Source: a virus
Taxonomy: Duplodnaviria; Caudoviricetes
Direction: 5' to 3' (one strand)
DNA length: 53,283 bases
IMG/VR virus record: IMGVR_UViG_3300021090_000027
Span: 1-53,283 of that record
The translations under genes were made by a program, and so were the position numbers. Shown here piece after piece: positions 38,271 to 47,070 of the stretch (positions are counted from its first letter, which is position 1; every line of letters starts with the position of its first letter). A model generated the notes under the pieces. It made no database searches. It saw nothing but the letters and a program-made list of their open reading frames with translations, and was not told the DNA's origin.

Positions 38271-38476
38271 TGCCTAGTTATGTGCTTCAGCCCATCGGGG
38301 CTGGCCCGGCCGTCACAGCGTTCGATCCGCAGATCCGGTACGTCGGTTCATCGGTCCCCGTTCCGGGGACCACATGGGCGACCAGTGACCTGTGGATCGA
38401 CACATTGGATGAGGGCACTACGGGTCATGTGATCCGCCGTTGGAATGGTACCGTTTTTGTCCCTGCGAGGCCCTAA
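38270..38476 (+). CDS. small tail-fibre-associated protein
   Basis: DLWIDT...RRWNGT motif. Confidence 0.6.
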   Translation: MPSYVLQPIGAGPAVTAFDPQIRYVGSSVPVPGTTWATSDLWIDTLDEGTTGHVIRRWNGTVFVPARP

Positions 38477-39189
38477 TGCAATTCTCTGATAATGGTTGGC
38501 CAGGTATTGAAGACCGGGCTGACACTGAACGTTCACTCGTCCCGGGGACGTCGTGGACGATTCAGACGGCACCTGGTGCCGCGTGGATTCTCACGGAGTT
38601 TACCCGACGGTTCAACAAGGAAGTTGAACCGATCGCGGGTAACCAGTTGGACGACTGGTCTTATGCGTGGCGGCCGGTGCGAGGGAGTACGAAACTGTCA
38701 TGCCACGCAAGTGGTACGGCAGTGGATTTGAACGCGTTGATACACCCTCGGGGTGTGCGGGGAACCCTTGATAGGAAAGCGAAGCAGAGGCTTCGGGTCC
38801 TGTTGGATGAGTTCACTGATTTCAAAACAGGTCAGGTTGTTATCAAGTGGGGTGGTGATTTCGGTTACCCGTCCATTGTTGATGAAATGCATTTCCAGAT
38901 CCGGGGGGATCAGGACGCATTGGATCGTGTGAAGACCCGACTGACCCAGGTTGCTGAGGAAGAGGACGACATGTCTTTCAAGGAGCGTCATGTTTTAACG
39001 GAAGCGGACGTTGCCGCGTACGGCAGTGATGAACTGGAACCGGGGAAAGACAGCAAATCTTATGATGAGTTGCTGCGTTTCCCTCCAGGTGTTGCACGGT
39101 TGCGGCGTGAGATGGTTGAGCGTGATAAGAAGTTGTCCGCTCAGATCGTTGCACTGCAAGCTGCTGTTGCAGAGCTCGCTAAGAAGTGA
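38476..39189 (+). CDS. endolysin, M15 zinc peptidase
   Basis: SCHASGTAVD, WGG.F, DEMHFQ. Confidence 0.9.
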   Translation: MQFSDNGWPGIEDRADTERSLVPGTSWTIQTAPGAAWILTEFTRRFNKEVEPIAGNQLDDWSYAWRPVRGSTKLSCHASGTAVDLNALIHPRGVRGTLDRKAKQRLRVLLDEFTDFKTGQVVIKWGGDFGYPSIVDEMHFQIRGDQDALDRVKTRLTQVAEEEDDMSFKERHVLTEADVAAYGSDELEPGKDSKSYDELLRFPPGVARLRREMVERDKKLSAQIVALQAAVAELAKK

Positions 39190-39446
39190 TGCACGCCGCG
39201 AGTATCGCGGCTGATACTGGGATAACGGGGGTTTTCCTGCAATTCGGTGTTCTGGGTGCTTTCGCGCTTCTCGCGCTCTGGTTTTTCTTAACAGTTTATA
39301 AGCGTGAGGTTTCACGCGCGGACGCTGCTGAAGCAGCGTTAGCTGTTTTGAATGCTGATCTCCGGGACAAGGTAATCCCTGCTCTCCATGACACGATACG
39401 TGTCAACCAAGAGCTTAAGGAAATCCTCAGGGAGCAGCGGCGATGA
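39186..39446 (+). CDS. holin-like membrane protein
   Basis: One TM segment plus coiled coil after the lysin. Confidence 0.6.
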   Translation: MMHAASIAADTGITGVFLQFGVLGAFALLALWFFLTVYKREVSRADAAEAALAVLNADLRDKVIPALHDTIRVNQELKEILREQRR

Positions 39447-39577
39447 CCGAGAAGGAAGTTGAGGCTGTTCGTGTTGACTTGAACAGATTCACTATGGCCA
39501 TTGAACAGACAGTGGCCGATCTCTATGAGGAGATAAGGCTCTTGCGAGAGAAGGCCACTGATGGATCGAATGAGTGA
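39443..39577 (+). CDS. 44-aa coiled-coil protein
   Basis: ATGA coupling; MTEKEVEAVRVDLNRF...; not in the ORF track. Confidence 0.5.
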   Translation: MTEKEVEAVRVDLNRFTMAIEQTVADLYEEIRLLREKATDGSNE

Positions 39578-39878
39578 GCTGAAGGCATCCGTTGACCGGT
39601 TGTCGAGTGAGGCAAGAGATATCCGCAGAGAGATGAAGCGGAAGACCAATACTATTTGGGTTGCTATGCTCGCTGGGGGTATCGCTTTATTGACGACGAT
39701 GGCTGCCGCTTACACGGTGACCATAAATAATGCTGAAGCGATCGACACTAATAACCGCAAGTTTTGTCCTGTGATTGAGATTCTCCTACCATTAAAAGGA
39801 GACGATGCCCCTACCACTGAGCGTGGTAGAGACATCGTTGCCAGAGCTGAGAAGGTTGCTCGTGAACTCCACTGCTGA
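39561..39878 (+). CDS. membrane protein (lysis cassette)
   Basis: Single TM, PTTERGR...C C-terminus. Confidence 0.6.
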   Translation: MDRMSELKASVDRLSSEARDIRREMKRKTNTIWVAMLAGGIALLTTMAAAYTVTINNAEAIDTNNRKFCPVIEILLPLKGDDAPTTERGRDIVARAEKVARELHC

Positions 39879-40107
39879 AGAGTGCCCATGTGGTTGTACG
39901 TCTTACGGTCAGCACCTCCGGAATAAGGGGATCAGCGTTGGGTACGCTAATAGTGTTAAGGGCTGGGATTATTCCAAGCAGCAGAAGTGGGATAGGGAGT
40001 TATCCCGTTACCGGGATTTGACGGCGTCGGGGGTTGAACCTGAGGGGACCACGCATCGGGAGATGGATCAGGCTGAGCGTGCCCGAACTAAGGACGCGTA
40101 TAGCTGA
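39862..40107 (+). CDS. conserved Cys-containing protein
   Basis: C.CGC.SYG.HLR.K...KWDREL..YR.....GV.P.GTT. Confidence 0.65.
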   Translation: MNSTAEECPCGCTSYGQHLRNKGISVGYANSVKGWDYSKQQKWDRELSRYRDLTASGVEPEGTTHREMDQAERARTKDAYS

Positions 40108-40284
40108 CCGGCGGTCAGCTGCCCAGTATTCGGTGTCGAGTGTCCGATGGCATTGCCCTGGATGTACGAAGCATTCAAAGCCGATGTGTCTGAGTTCTGT
40201 TGGTGTCCCGCAGATGACACAGGAACGCATCTCTTTGCCTCCCCAAATAAAGGAGCCGAGGGTTTCCCAGTCGCGGTCAGTCAT
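40000..40284 (-). CDS. antisense small CxxC protein (start 40284 or 40230)
   Basis: RSCVICG...C..H..C; GGAGG before ATG 40230. Confidence 0.45.
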   Translation of the reverse strand: MTDRDWETLGSFIWGGKEMRSCVICGTPTELRHIGFECFVHPGQCHRTLDTEYWAADRRSAIRVLSSGTLSLIHLPMRGPLRFNPRRRQIPVTG

Positions 40285-40624
40285 TGGTCGTCCCGGTTTG
40301 CATGATGTAGTTGCTGAGATTTGTGATGAACGCTTCAAAGTGTTCAGCGCTCATCCCGTCTGCTACCGCAGCTTCTTTCATCCCTGGTAGGACATCACCA
40401 AGGGTTAGCTGGTACTTGTCCCGCCATTGCATGAGGTGCATGATACAAATGCTTTTCACGTTTTCGTTGTTTAACCTGAATTCTTGGGTAGGAACGGAAA
40501 ACCATGAGCGGCACCCACACTCAGTGGCGTGTTCGAGGGTGCTACCTTTCGCCCGTATGTCTTGGATGAAGTCCCGGTAAGGCCATACCACAATCAGGTT
40601 CGGTGGGTTTGCTTTGTTGTTCAC
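40277..40624 (-). CDS. antisense hypothetical protein
   Basis: Coupled to 40621-40875; CGC..W...C..H. Confidence 0.6.
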   Translation of the reverse strand: MNNKANPPNLIVVWPYRDFIQDIRAKGSTLEHATECGCRSWFSVPTQEFRLNNENVKSICIMHLMQWRDKYQLTLGDVLPGMKEAAVADGMSAEHFEAFITNLSNYIMQTGTTND

Positions 40625-40875
40625 AGGTCACCCTTGTAAATGTTAGTGACCCCAATAACGAGTGCGTCAGCCCCTGAGAACGCCACATCCACATCACAGT
40701 CTAGACCGGTTGGTTTTCCGAGCATGAGCCCGTGGGGTCGGCAGAGAAGAATGGTCTGGTTCAGGCACGCAACCGCGACGACGGTTGCGACCTGCTCACA
40801 TTCGTTCTCGGGTTCTCCGGGGATGAGCCCTGTTCGGCCCTGCTGACACATCAACTTCTCTTCAATGTAAGCCAT
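40621..40875 (-). CDS. antisense Cys-rich protein, probably leaderless
   Basis: TGG-TACTCT extended -10 six nt before ATG. Confidence 0.6.
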   Translation of the reverse strand: MAYIEEKLMCQQGRTGLIPGEPENECEQVATVVAVACLNQTILLCRPHGLMLGKPTGLDCDVDVAFSGADALVIGVTNIYKGDL

Positions 40876-40901
40876 GCACAGAGAGTACCAGAGGATCACC
40901 G

Positions 40902-41801
40902 ATGGGTTACCCTACCAGCGACACGTTTTCGAGTCTGATAGATGAAGTAATCACAAGTCTGTCCGGGTTCGGGACTGAGAATGACGCTGTGTGCACACTC
41001 CTCGAACCGGTCACAGCATCAAGTGTTGTCCTCAGTGTGGATGACACAGACGATGTCAGTCGTGGGCTCCTCGAAATCGAGGAGGAAATCCTTTATGTGA
41101 ATAGTGCCGAGAACGGCACGGTTACACTCCAGTCGTGGGGTCGTGGGTATAAAGGCACCACTGCTGTAGCCCATGCTGCTGGTACACCGGTGTTCGTGGC
41201 TCCGACGTGGCCTCGCGCTGTCGTCGCGAGGGAAGTGAACAACACCATTCGTGCCGTGTACCCGAACTTGTGGGCTATCGGAACGAATGACTTTTCTTCT
41301 TCCCCTACCACATGGCAATACGTGATGCCAGCTGCTGTTGAGCGTGTCCTGTCCGTTGAGTGGCGTTGGACCACTGACCTTGACGGGTGGATGCCTATCA
41401 CCGGATGGGAGTTGATCCAATCTGCGAACGTCACAGACTTCGCAACAGGAAAAGCGTTACTGATTAGTGAACCTTTACCTGCTGGTTGTCGTATCCATGT
41501 GACGTACGCGAAAGCCCCCACGTTCCTCTCGTTGCCCACTGATACGTACGCATCAACGGGGCTTCCCTCATCGAGTAGAGACGTGATCGTTTATGGTGCC
41601 GCTTCACGGCTCCTCCCATGGCAAGACACTGGTCGTATCCCTGTTACTGCTGTTTCTTCTGATGTTCAGGATTCGTTGAAACCTGTCGGCAACGGGATAG
41701 TGTTGTCGAAAGAACTACGTAACTTGTATGTCACTCGTCTCGCTGATGAACGTCGCGCTCTGTTGGAGCGCTACCCCACAAGAACTCATAGGGTCCGCTA
41801 A
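40902..41801 (+). CDS. tail adaptor / tubular protein A-like
   Basis: IEEEILYV...RGY.GTTA..H.AG; DVIVYGAASRL. Confidence 0.7.
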   Translation: MGYPTSDTFSSLIDEVITSLSGFGTENDAVCTLLEPVTASSVVLSVDDTDDVSRGLLEIEEEILYVNSAENGTVTLQSWGRGYKGTTAVAHAAGTPVFVAPTWPRAVVAREVNNTIRAVYPNLWAIGTNDFSSSPTTWQYVMPAAVERVLSVEWRWTTDLDGWMPITGWELIQSANVTDFATGKALLISEPLPAGCRIHVTYAKAPTFLSLPTDTYASTGLPSSSRDVIVYGAASRLLPWQDTGRIPVTAVSSDVQDSLKPVGNGIVLSKELRNLYVTRLADERRALLERYPTRTHRVR

Positions 41802-43021
41802 TGGCTGCTAGGAATTACTCTTCTGTTGCGCGCCTAGCGTCTCTAACTGCTGGCGTGAACGCCTCAACAACAACATTCGCTGTTGACCAGACAACTGGTT
41901 TCCCAACGATCCCTTTCACAGCTGTTGTGGATGCTGGTCGTACTGCTGAAGAAATCGTTACTGTCACTTCTGTGGTCGGACTTATCCTCACAGTAATTAG
42001 GGGTGAGGATGGGACCGCTGGGCAACCACATGATGCTGCCGCTGAAGTGCGGCACATGGCCACGGCGAGGGATTACCGTGAACCAGCAGAGCATATCGCT
42101 CAAACGTCTGGGGTTCATGGCACTACGGGTCTCCTGGTAGACGCTAACTCTACTCAGTCTCTCGACAATAAAACGTTCACTCCTGCTACTACTGATCATG
42201 TTCCGGTGAAACTGCTGGCTGCCTCTGGGCAGACCGCGAATCTCCTTGATGTTCTGTCGGCTGGGTCTGTGGTTCTGGCGTCTGTGTCGGTCACTGGTCG
42301 TCTCTCAACCCCTGGTGTTGATGGTACATCGTCGTCTACTTTCACTGCTGGTACAGCTGCTACTGTCGCAGCGATCGTTAAGGGCGCTGCTTCACAGTCA
42401 GCGAACCTATTGAGTGTTAGGAATGATGCGAACACTGAGGTGGCGTCTATCGGTCCCTCGGGGACCGTGACTGCACCCATTGTGAGCGGTGGAACAATCA
42501 ATGGTTCCGCATCGGTGAATACCCCTACAGTGAATGGGACTACTCAGTCAATATTCACTACACCAGTGCTTGGTACTACTCCTCTGATTGTGAAGCAACC
42601 GACAGGGCAGACCGTTCCGAGTTTGGTTGTTCGTGATGTTGCTGATGTGAATCGTGCTGGTGTCACTGGTGAGACCGGTGGGTTCCAGTTGTTCCACGGT
42701 TCGGCAACGAACCTGGTTCCTTTCCGGATCCATGCTGGATCGGAGCAGGTGACGATGCTCACTGGTGCAAGCTCCCAGGGTGGGAGCATTGATATCACCT
42801 CGTATGGTTTTAATACGAGCCCGTTGGTGATGCTAACGGTTCGTCAGGAAAATGAGTCGTCGGTTAAACGACGTGTGTTCGTTAATATTGAGGGTGCCCC
42901 AACGACCACGGCTATCCCGTTCCGGGTGGTTCAGTCGGCTGACCAGAACCTCCCGGATGACACCACGTACAGGGTCCATTGGATGGCTATTCAGATGACG
43001 CCGACTACGGCGGCTGGGTAA
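41801..43021 (+). CDS. tail fibre-like protein
   Basis: EEIVTVT...RGEDGT...H...A.VRH; HI..TSGVHG. Confidence 0.7.
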   Translation: MAARNYSSVARLASLTAGVNASTTTFAVDQTTGFPTIPFTAVVDAGRTAEEIVTVTSVVGLILTVIRGEDGTAGQPHDAAAEVRHMATARDYREPAEHIAQTSGVHGTTGLLVDANSTQSLDNKTFTPATTDHVPVKLLAASGQTANLLDVLSAGSVVLASVSVTGRLSTPGVDGTSSSTFTAGTAATVAAIVKGAASQSANLLSVRNDANTEVASIGPSGTVTAPIVSGGTINGSASVNTPTVNGTTQSIFTTPVLGTTPLIVKQPTGQTVPSLVVRDVADVNRAGVTGETGGFQLFHGSATNLVPFRIHAGSEQVTMLTGASSQGGSIDITSYGFNTSPLVMLTVRQENESSVKRRVFVNIEGAPTTTAIPFRVVQSADQNLPDDTTYRVHWMAIQMTPTTAAG

Positions 43022-44955
43022 TGACTTCTTCTTTCCTTGAACCGGTTCCACCGGATATTACTGAAACTATTCCTACGCACATTAGTGCACGGATCAGTAA
43101 CCCGGTGTATGTTAACCGGACGACACGCGCTGACGTGTCGATTAATGATCTTGCGTTCCAGTTCGCTATCAGTGACTCGAATGTGTATCAGCGGGAGACC
43201 GCTGAGTTCCGTCGTGAACAGATTGATACGTCACGGGAGCCTGGTGAGCAGTCACTGAATCAGTGGTGGGTGCGTGACCAGGACTCGTGGCACAAGGGTG
43301 CCGGTATCAACTTTTATGAGCCTGGTAGTGTCGAGACAACACAATATCGTTTTGACTCCAGTATGGGAGTAGATGTATGGACCGAGGGGCAAGTGAGTCT
43401 CCTGAAGAGGTGCCCTCTTCTGGAGAGTGCGAGCGTAGGTCAGGCTGCCTTTGCGACATCAGCGGTCGTATCCGGGGTCAATGTTTTTATTGGCGTGGTC
43501 GGCGGAACCCTGTTCCGCCACGACGGGACAACGAGGACTAACTACACCGGATACACTGGGTTCTCTTCTGAGCCGGTGATCACCGGCGCTAAGGTCCTCT
43601 GTGCTGGCACGAACGGCCTGTGGGTTGGGGACGTCGGTGGGACCACTGTTACTAACCTGTGGACTACAGCCTTGGGCACACAGTGCCGGGCATGGTGGGT
43701 CAAATCGAGGATTATCGCTTCTCAGGGTCATAAACTGTGGGACCTCACCCTTGCCGGTGGGTCCTTGGATTCTACAACACCATTGTTCGCTCACCCGTCA
43801 GCAACGTGGACATGGACGGGTGTCGCTGAAGCCCCCGGGGCTATCCTCGCTGCCGGGTATGACAACGGTTATGGTTATGTTTATAAGTTTGTCCTTGATG
43901 ATGCTGGTGCGGGGCTATCGCCCACGCTTGGTTCACCGATTCAGGTCGCGGACTTTCCCCCTGGCGAGGAAGTCCATTCACTGAGGTCTTACCTGAGTAC
44001 GTATGTTGCGATTGGTACAAGCCGGGGCATTCGTGTTGGGATCATGGATAACACGGGGACCATCCAATATGGTCCTCTTCTCGTTGAAACTACTTTGCCG
44101 GTGCGTGCACTGGGTGCACGTGACCGGTTTGTTTATGCAGGCATCGAAGCTGACTTAGATGGTTTCTCCGGGCTTGCCCGGATTGATCTCTCTCAGGCAA
44201 TCGCTGACCTAAGGTATGCTTGGGCTTATGATGCACAAGCCCACGTCACCGGACGAGTCCAATCAGTCACCTTCCTCGGTGTTAGTGACCGAGTTGTGTT
44301 TGGCATTCTTGGAGCAGGCATATTTCAGCAATCCGGCACGCTATATGAGAGCACTGGATATGTTACCTCCGGAAAGATTCGTTACGGCACTAGCGAACCC
44401 AAAACGTACAATCTGTTAAAGGTTCGTGCGTCTATCCCTGACCAGTGCACCATTTCGATTAATACGATCAGCCATCAGGGGACGAACACGTTCCTGAATA
44501 CACTGGGTTCAGCGTGGGACACTGATGAGGATGTGACGTTGCGTACGCTGGCTGATTTCGGTCAGCCGTATGCGTCGATCATGTTGACGTTGGCACCTAA
44601 TACGGCAACCACTGTGACCCCTGTGTTGCAGTCGTATCAGGTTAAGGCGACTCCTCAGCCGAAGATCCAACGCAACATTAAGATGCCGTTGCGGCTTGTT
44701 GATGTGGAGCAGGACAGGAATGGGATTAAGCAGGGCCGTACTGGTTCTGCTGCGTCACGGTTGGCTCTGCTGGAACAGATGGAACAAGAGCATACGGTGG
44801 TGTTGGTGCAGGACTACACGGCAAGGGATATTGATGGGAACCCTGAGGCGTATACAGCTCAGATCCGACAGGTCCAGTTTATCCGGGATACCCCGACGTC
44901 CCGTAATCGCCGTAATTTCGGTGGTATTGTTAACGTCTCATTGCTGAAACTCTAA
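43021..44955 (+). CDS. tail nozzle / tubular protein B-like
   Basis: Beta-propeller-like, ~645 aa; Q.SWH.GAG, GVDVWT.GQ.SLL. Confidence 0.7.
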   Translation: MTSSFLEPVPPDITETIPTHISARISNPVYVNRTTRADVSINDLAFQFAISDSNVYQRETAEFRREQIDTSREPGEQSLNQWWVRDQDSWHKGAGINFYEPGSVETTQYRFDSSMGVDVWTEGQVSLLKRCPLLESASVGQAAFATSAVVSGVNVFIGVVGGTLFRHDGTTRTNYTGYTGFSSEPVITGAKVLCAGTNGLWVGDVGGTTVTNLWTTALGTQCRAWWVKSRIIASQGHKLWDLTLAGGSLDSTTPLFAHPSATWTWTGVAEAPGAILAAGYDNGYGYVYKFVLDDAGAGLSPTLGSPIQVADFPPGEEVHSLRSYLSTYVAIGTSRGIRVGIMDNTGTIQYGPLLVETTLPVRALGARDRFVYAGIEADLDGFSGLARIDLSQAIADLRYAWAYDAQAHVTGRVQSVTFLGVSDRVVFGILGAGIFQQSGTLYESTGYVTSGKIRYGTSEPKTYNLLKVRASIPDQCTISINTISHQGTNTFLNTLGSAWDTDEDVTLRTLADFGQPYASIMLTLAPNTATTVTPVLQSYQVKATPQPKIQRNIKMPLRLVDVEQDRNGIKQGRTGSAASRLALLEQMEQEHTVVLVQDYTARDIDGNPEAYTAQIRQVQFIRDTPTSRNRRNFGGIVNVSLLKL

Positions 44956-44982
44956 CCCGGTTAGAGTGCTAGTATTCATACC

Positions 44983-45513
44983 ATGGACTCTCCCATCGAG
45001 GTCACAACTGACCCTGTGTTGTTGCGTGCGTGGAAGCTCCCCGCATCCCGGTACCGCGTCCCGCTCCCTCCTGGGGTGTGGGATAACGAACCTGACAAAA
45101 TCCAATGGGTGGACGACAAGACAGACTTGGACTGTCTGATGCTCCGTTCCCGTTTCGGTAACTGGTGTGGGTATGTTGGCGTGGCACGCCGACACCCGTT
45201 CCACGGCATCGATTACCAGATGATCAACGTGGATGTCCACGGTGGCTTGACCTTCGCTGGCCTGTGCACGCCTGGTGAACCGATCGACGGTATCTGCCAT
45301 ATCGCCGAACCCGGTCGTGAGACCGAGCCCTGGTGGCTGGGATTCGACTGTGGCCATTACATGGATTACCAGCCGGGGATGGCTGCGACCATGGCTGAGG
45401 TTCTCAAGGAACCCACGTACCGCGACCTGTACGAGACAGGTCATTACCGCACTGTTGAATACGTGCGGAACGAAGTGACCGAGTTAGCCCGTCAACTTTG
45501 GGAATGCCGATGA
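44983..45513 (+). CDS. conserved phage protein of the CGYV/HGGLT/GFDC.H family, probably leaderless
   Basis: WCGYVGV..HP, VHGGLTF, WWLGFDCGH, YV..E...LA.QL; TGC-TAGTAT seven nt before ATG. Confidence 0.8.
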   Translation: MDSPIEVTTDPVLLRAWKLPASRYRVPLPPGVWDNEPDKIQWVDDKTDLDCLMLRSRFGNWCGYVGVARRHPFHGIDYQMINVDVHGGLTFAGLCTPGEPIDGICHIAEPGRETEPWWLGFDCGHYMDYQPGMAATMAEVLKEPTYRDLYETGHYRTVEYVRNEVTELARQLWECR

Positions 45514-45947
45514 CCCCACTGTGGTTTAAACGAACCATCATCCTGGGTATGACTGGCCCGGACGTTGACATTGTGCGGAACAAGTTCGGCCTGGAACCAG
45601 GCCCTTACGATCGAACAACGATGGAATTGGTGAGAGGCTTGGCTAGGAAACGGCACATCGAAACTGATGGTGAAATCGATCAGGTTGTAGCTGTGGCTCT
45701 CGGCCCTGCTGCCGACGAGGACATTGCACCAACCTGGTTTGAACGTGAACTGTCCCTCTGGTGCGAGGGCGAAGACGTCAGGTTGTTCCGTTGGGCTATC
45801 GGGTTCAAGGACAACGACAATAGGTTCCATCCTGAGGAAGAAGCAGCCGTCAGACGGCTGCAATCTCAACGTGACCTGGTCGTGACCGGTCGAGTCGATG
45901 AAGCTCTTGCAAAATATATTGGTGAAGCACCACGAGAACGAAGATAA
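45510..45947 (+). CDS. stand-alone peptidoglycan-binding-domain protein
   Basis: Two repeats: GMTGPDV...DG.ID and EGEDVR...AVRRLQ...L.VTG.VD. Confidence 0.75.
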   Translation: MTPLWFKRTIILGMTGPDVDIVRNKFGLEPGPYDRTTMELVRGLARKRHIETDGEIDQVVAVALGPAADEDIAPTWFERELSLWCEGEDVRLFRWAIGFKDNDNRFHPEEEAAVRRLQSQRDLVVTGRVDEALAKYIGEAPRERR

Positions 45948-45956
45948 ACAAAGGAA

Positions 45957-45998
45957 ACCCTCGCTCAACCTCCCCAGGTTGAGCGAGGGTCCTTTTTT
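45957..45998 (+). terminator. late-operon terminator (probably bidirectional)
   Basis: 15-bp perfect stem plus T6. Confidence 0.85.
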
Positions 45999-46037
45999 CG
46001 TTTAGGTCAACGACCCCGTTCCGCAGACGGAGGTGAC

Positions 46038-46373
46038 TTAAACGAAAACTGCAACCGGGTCAGGAGGCTCGGTGGTCTCCCCTGACCCGGTTTGATCGTG
46101 TGCCGACAATAGCATGTCCACCGTTCCCGGAGGAAGAGGATGAGTCATTTGCTTGATTGTGGGGGGAAGACGGAAGCCCGCTGAGTAAACCTGCCCGGCT
46201 GCAAGAGCACGGTAGTTGTCGCACGCCGGGGAGCATTCCGCATAAGCCATATCGTCAGGAAGAGGCACACCATCAGCTTTGTAGCAGTAGGCAGACACAT
46301 GTGGGATAACCTCCATCAGTCGTTGTCGGGTAACGAGCTCGATATGAGTGAGGAGATCAGGGTCGGAATTCAT
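46038..46373 (-). CDS. hypothetical protein
   Basis: ATGA-coupled to the SLOG gene. Confidence 0.6.
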   Translation of the reverse strand: MNSDPDLLTHIELVTRQRLMEVIPHVSAYCYKADGVPLPDDMAYAECSPACDNYRALAAGQVYSAGFRLPPTIKQMTHPLPPGTVDMLLSAHDQTGSGETTEPPDPVAVFV

Positions 46374-46960
46374 GGGGCCTCAATTTCTGGTGGTAGGAAT
46401 GGTCGCAGGTGGGACGGGCGATCATCGGGAGGTTTAATGGGCCACATCGTGGGCACGATTTGAGGGGCGGCTCCGGTATATCGTTCTTTGTATCCGTTGG
46501 ATTTGATTCGGTGGGTGAGGATTCGTGCTGCATTGGCTCTGCCCATCATGTCTAGTGTGCCAGATGATCTAACACCGTTGTCAAACCAGGGGAACCCTAG
46601 GCATTCGTTGCCTCCTAGGTCAGCCATTAACTGGTTACGGCGGGGCCCTGCCGCTGGGCAGAAACCGTTATTCACTTGTTTATGAGTACAGTTTTTGTCG
46701 CATTCCCGTGCCCAGTCAGCTGGGTACGGTTCGCATGTGCCTCCCTGTTCTACCCAGAATTTGGCTGCGAAGTAGTCGAATCCGGCGATGATCCCGCCGT
46801 CACGGTTCCGCCTTGGTGGGCAGGCACCGTGTACCAGGATGTATTGGTCACTGTTGTTCTTGTTGACGTCTTTGAGGTAAGGCGAGAGGACTGCGTGAAT
46901 TGTCGTTGCTCTGATTGCCGGGTATTCCCGGCTGCCTGCGACGATAAGCCGAATACCCAT
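46370..46960 (-). CDS. SLOG-fold DUF2493/YspA-like nucleotide-binding protein, probably leaderless
   Basis: LIVAGSR, LVHGAC, YPADW, AGPRRNQLM, S.GT.DM; TAGGTT seven nt before ATG. Confidence 0.85.
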   Translation of the reverse strand: MGIRLIVAGSREYPAIRATTIHAVLSPYLKDVNKNNSDQYILVHGACPPRRNRDGGIIAGFDYFAAKFWVEQGGTCEPYPADWARECDKNCTHKQVNNGFCPAAGPRRNQLMADLGGNECLGFPWFDNGVRSSGTLDMMGRANAARILTHRIKSNGYKERYTGAAPQIVPTMWPIKPPDDRPSHLRPFLPPEIEAP

Positions 46961-47070
46961 GGTCAACAACCTATACACAGGGAGTGAAGGGCTACAAGCC
47001 CTTCTAAGCCATCAGTTTGGGGGAGGTGACTCTCACCCCTATGGGTGTGGTGTTAGGCGCTTAGAACGTG

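Noticed and set aside
39560-39570. 11-nt match GATGGATCGAA between an array insert and the start of gene 39561
   Set aside because: Matches of this length are expected by chance; I found no longer self-target by eye.
33358-43021. Diversity-generating retroelement or invertible tail-fibre cassette
   Set aside because: No reverse transcriptase, and no TR/VR pair or flanking inverted sites seen.
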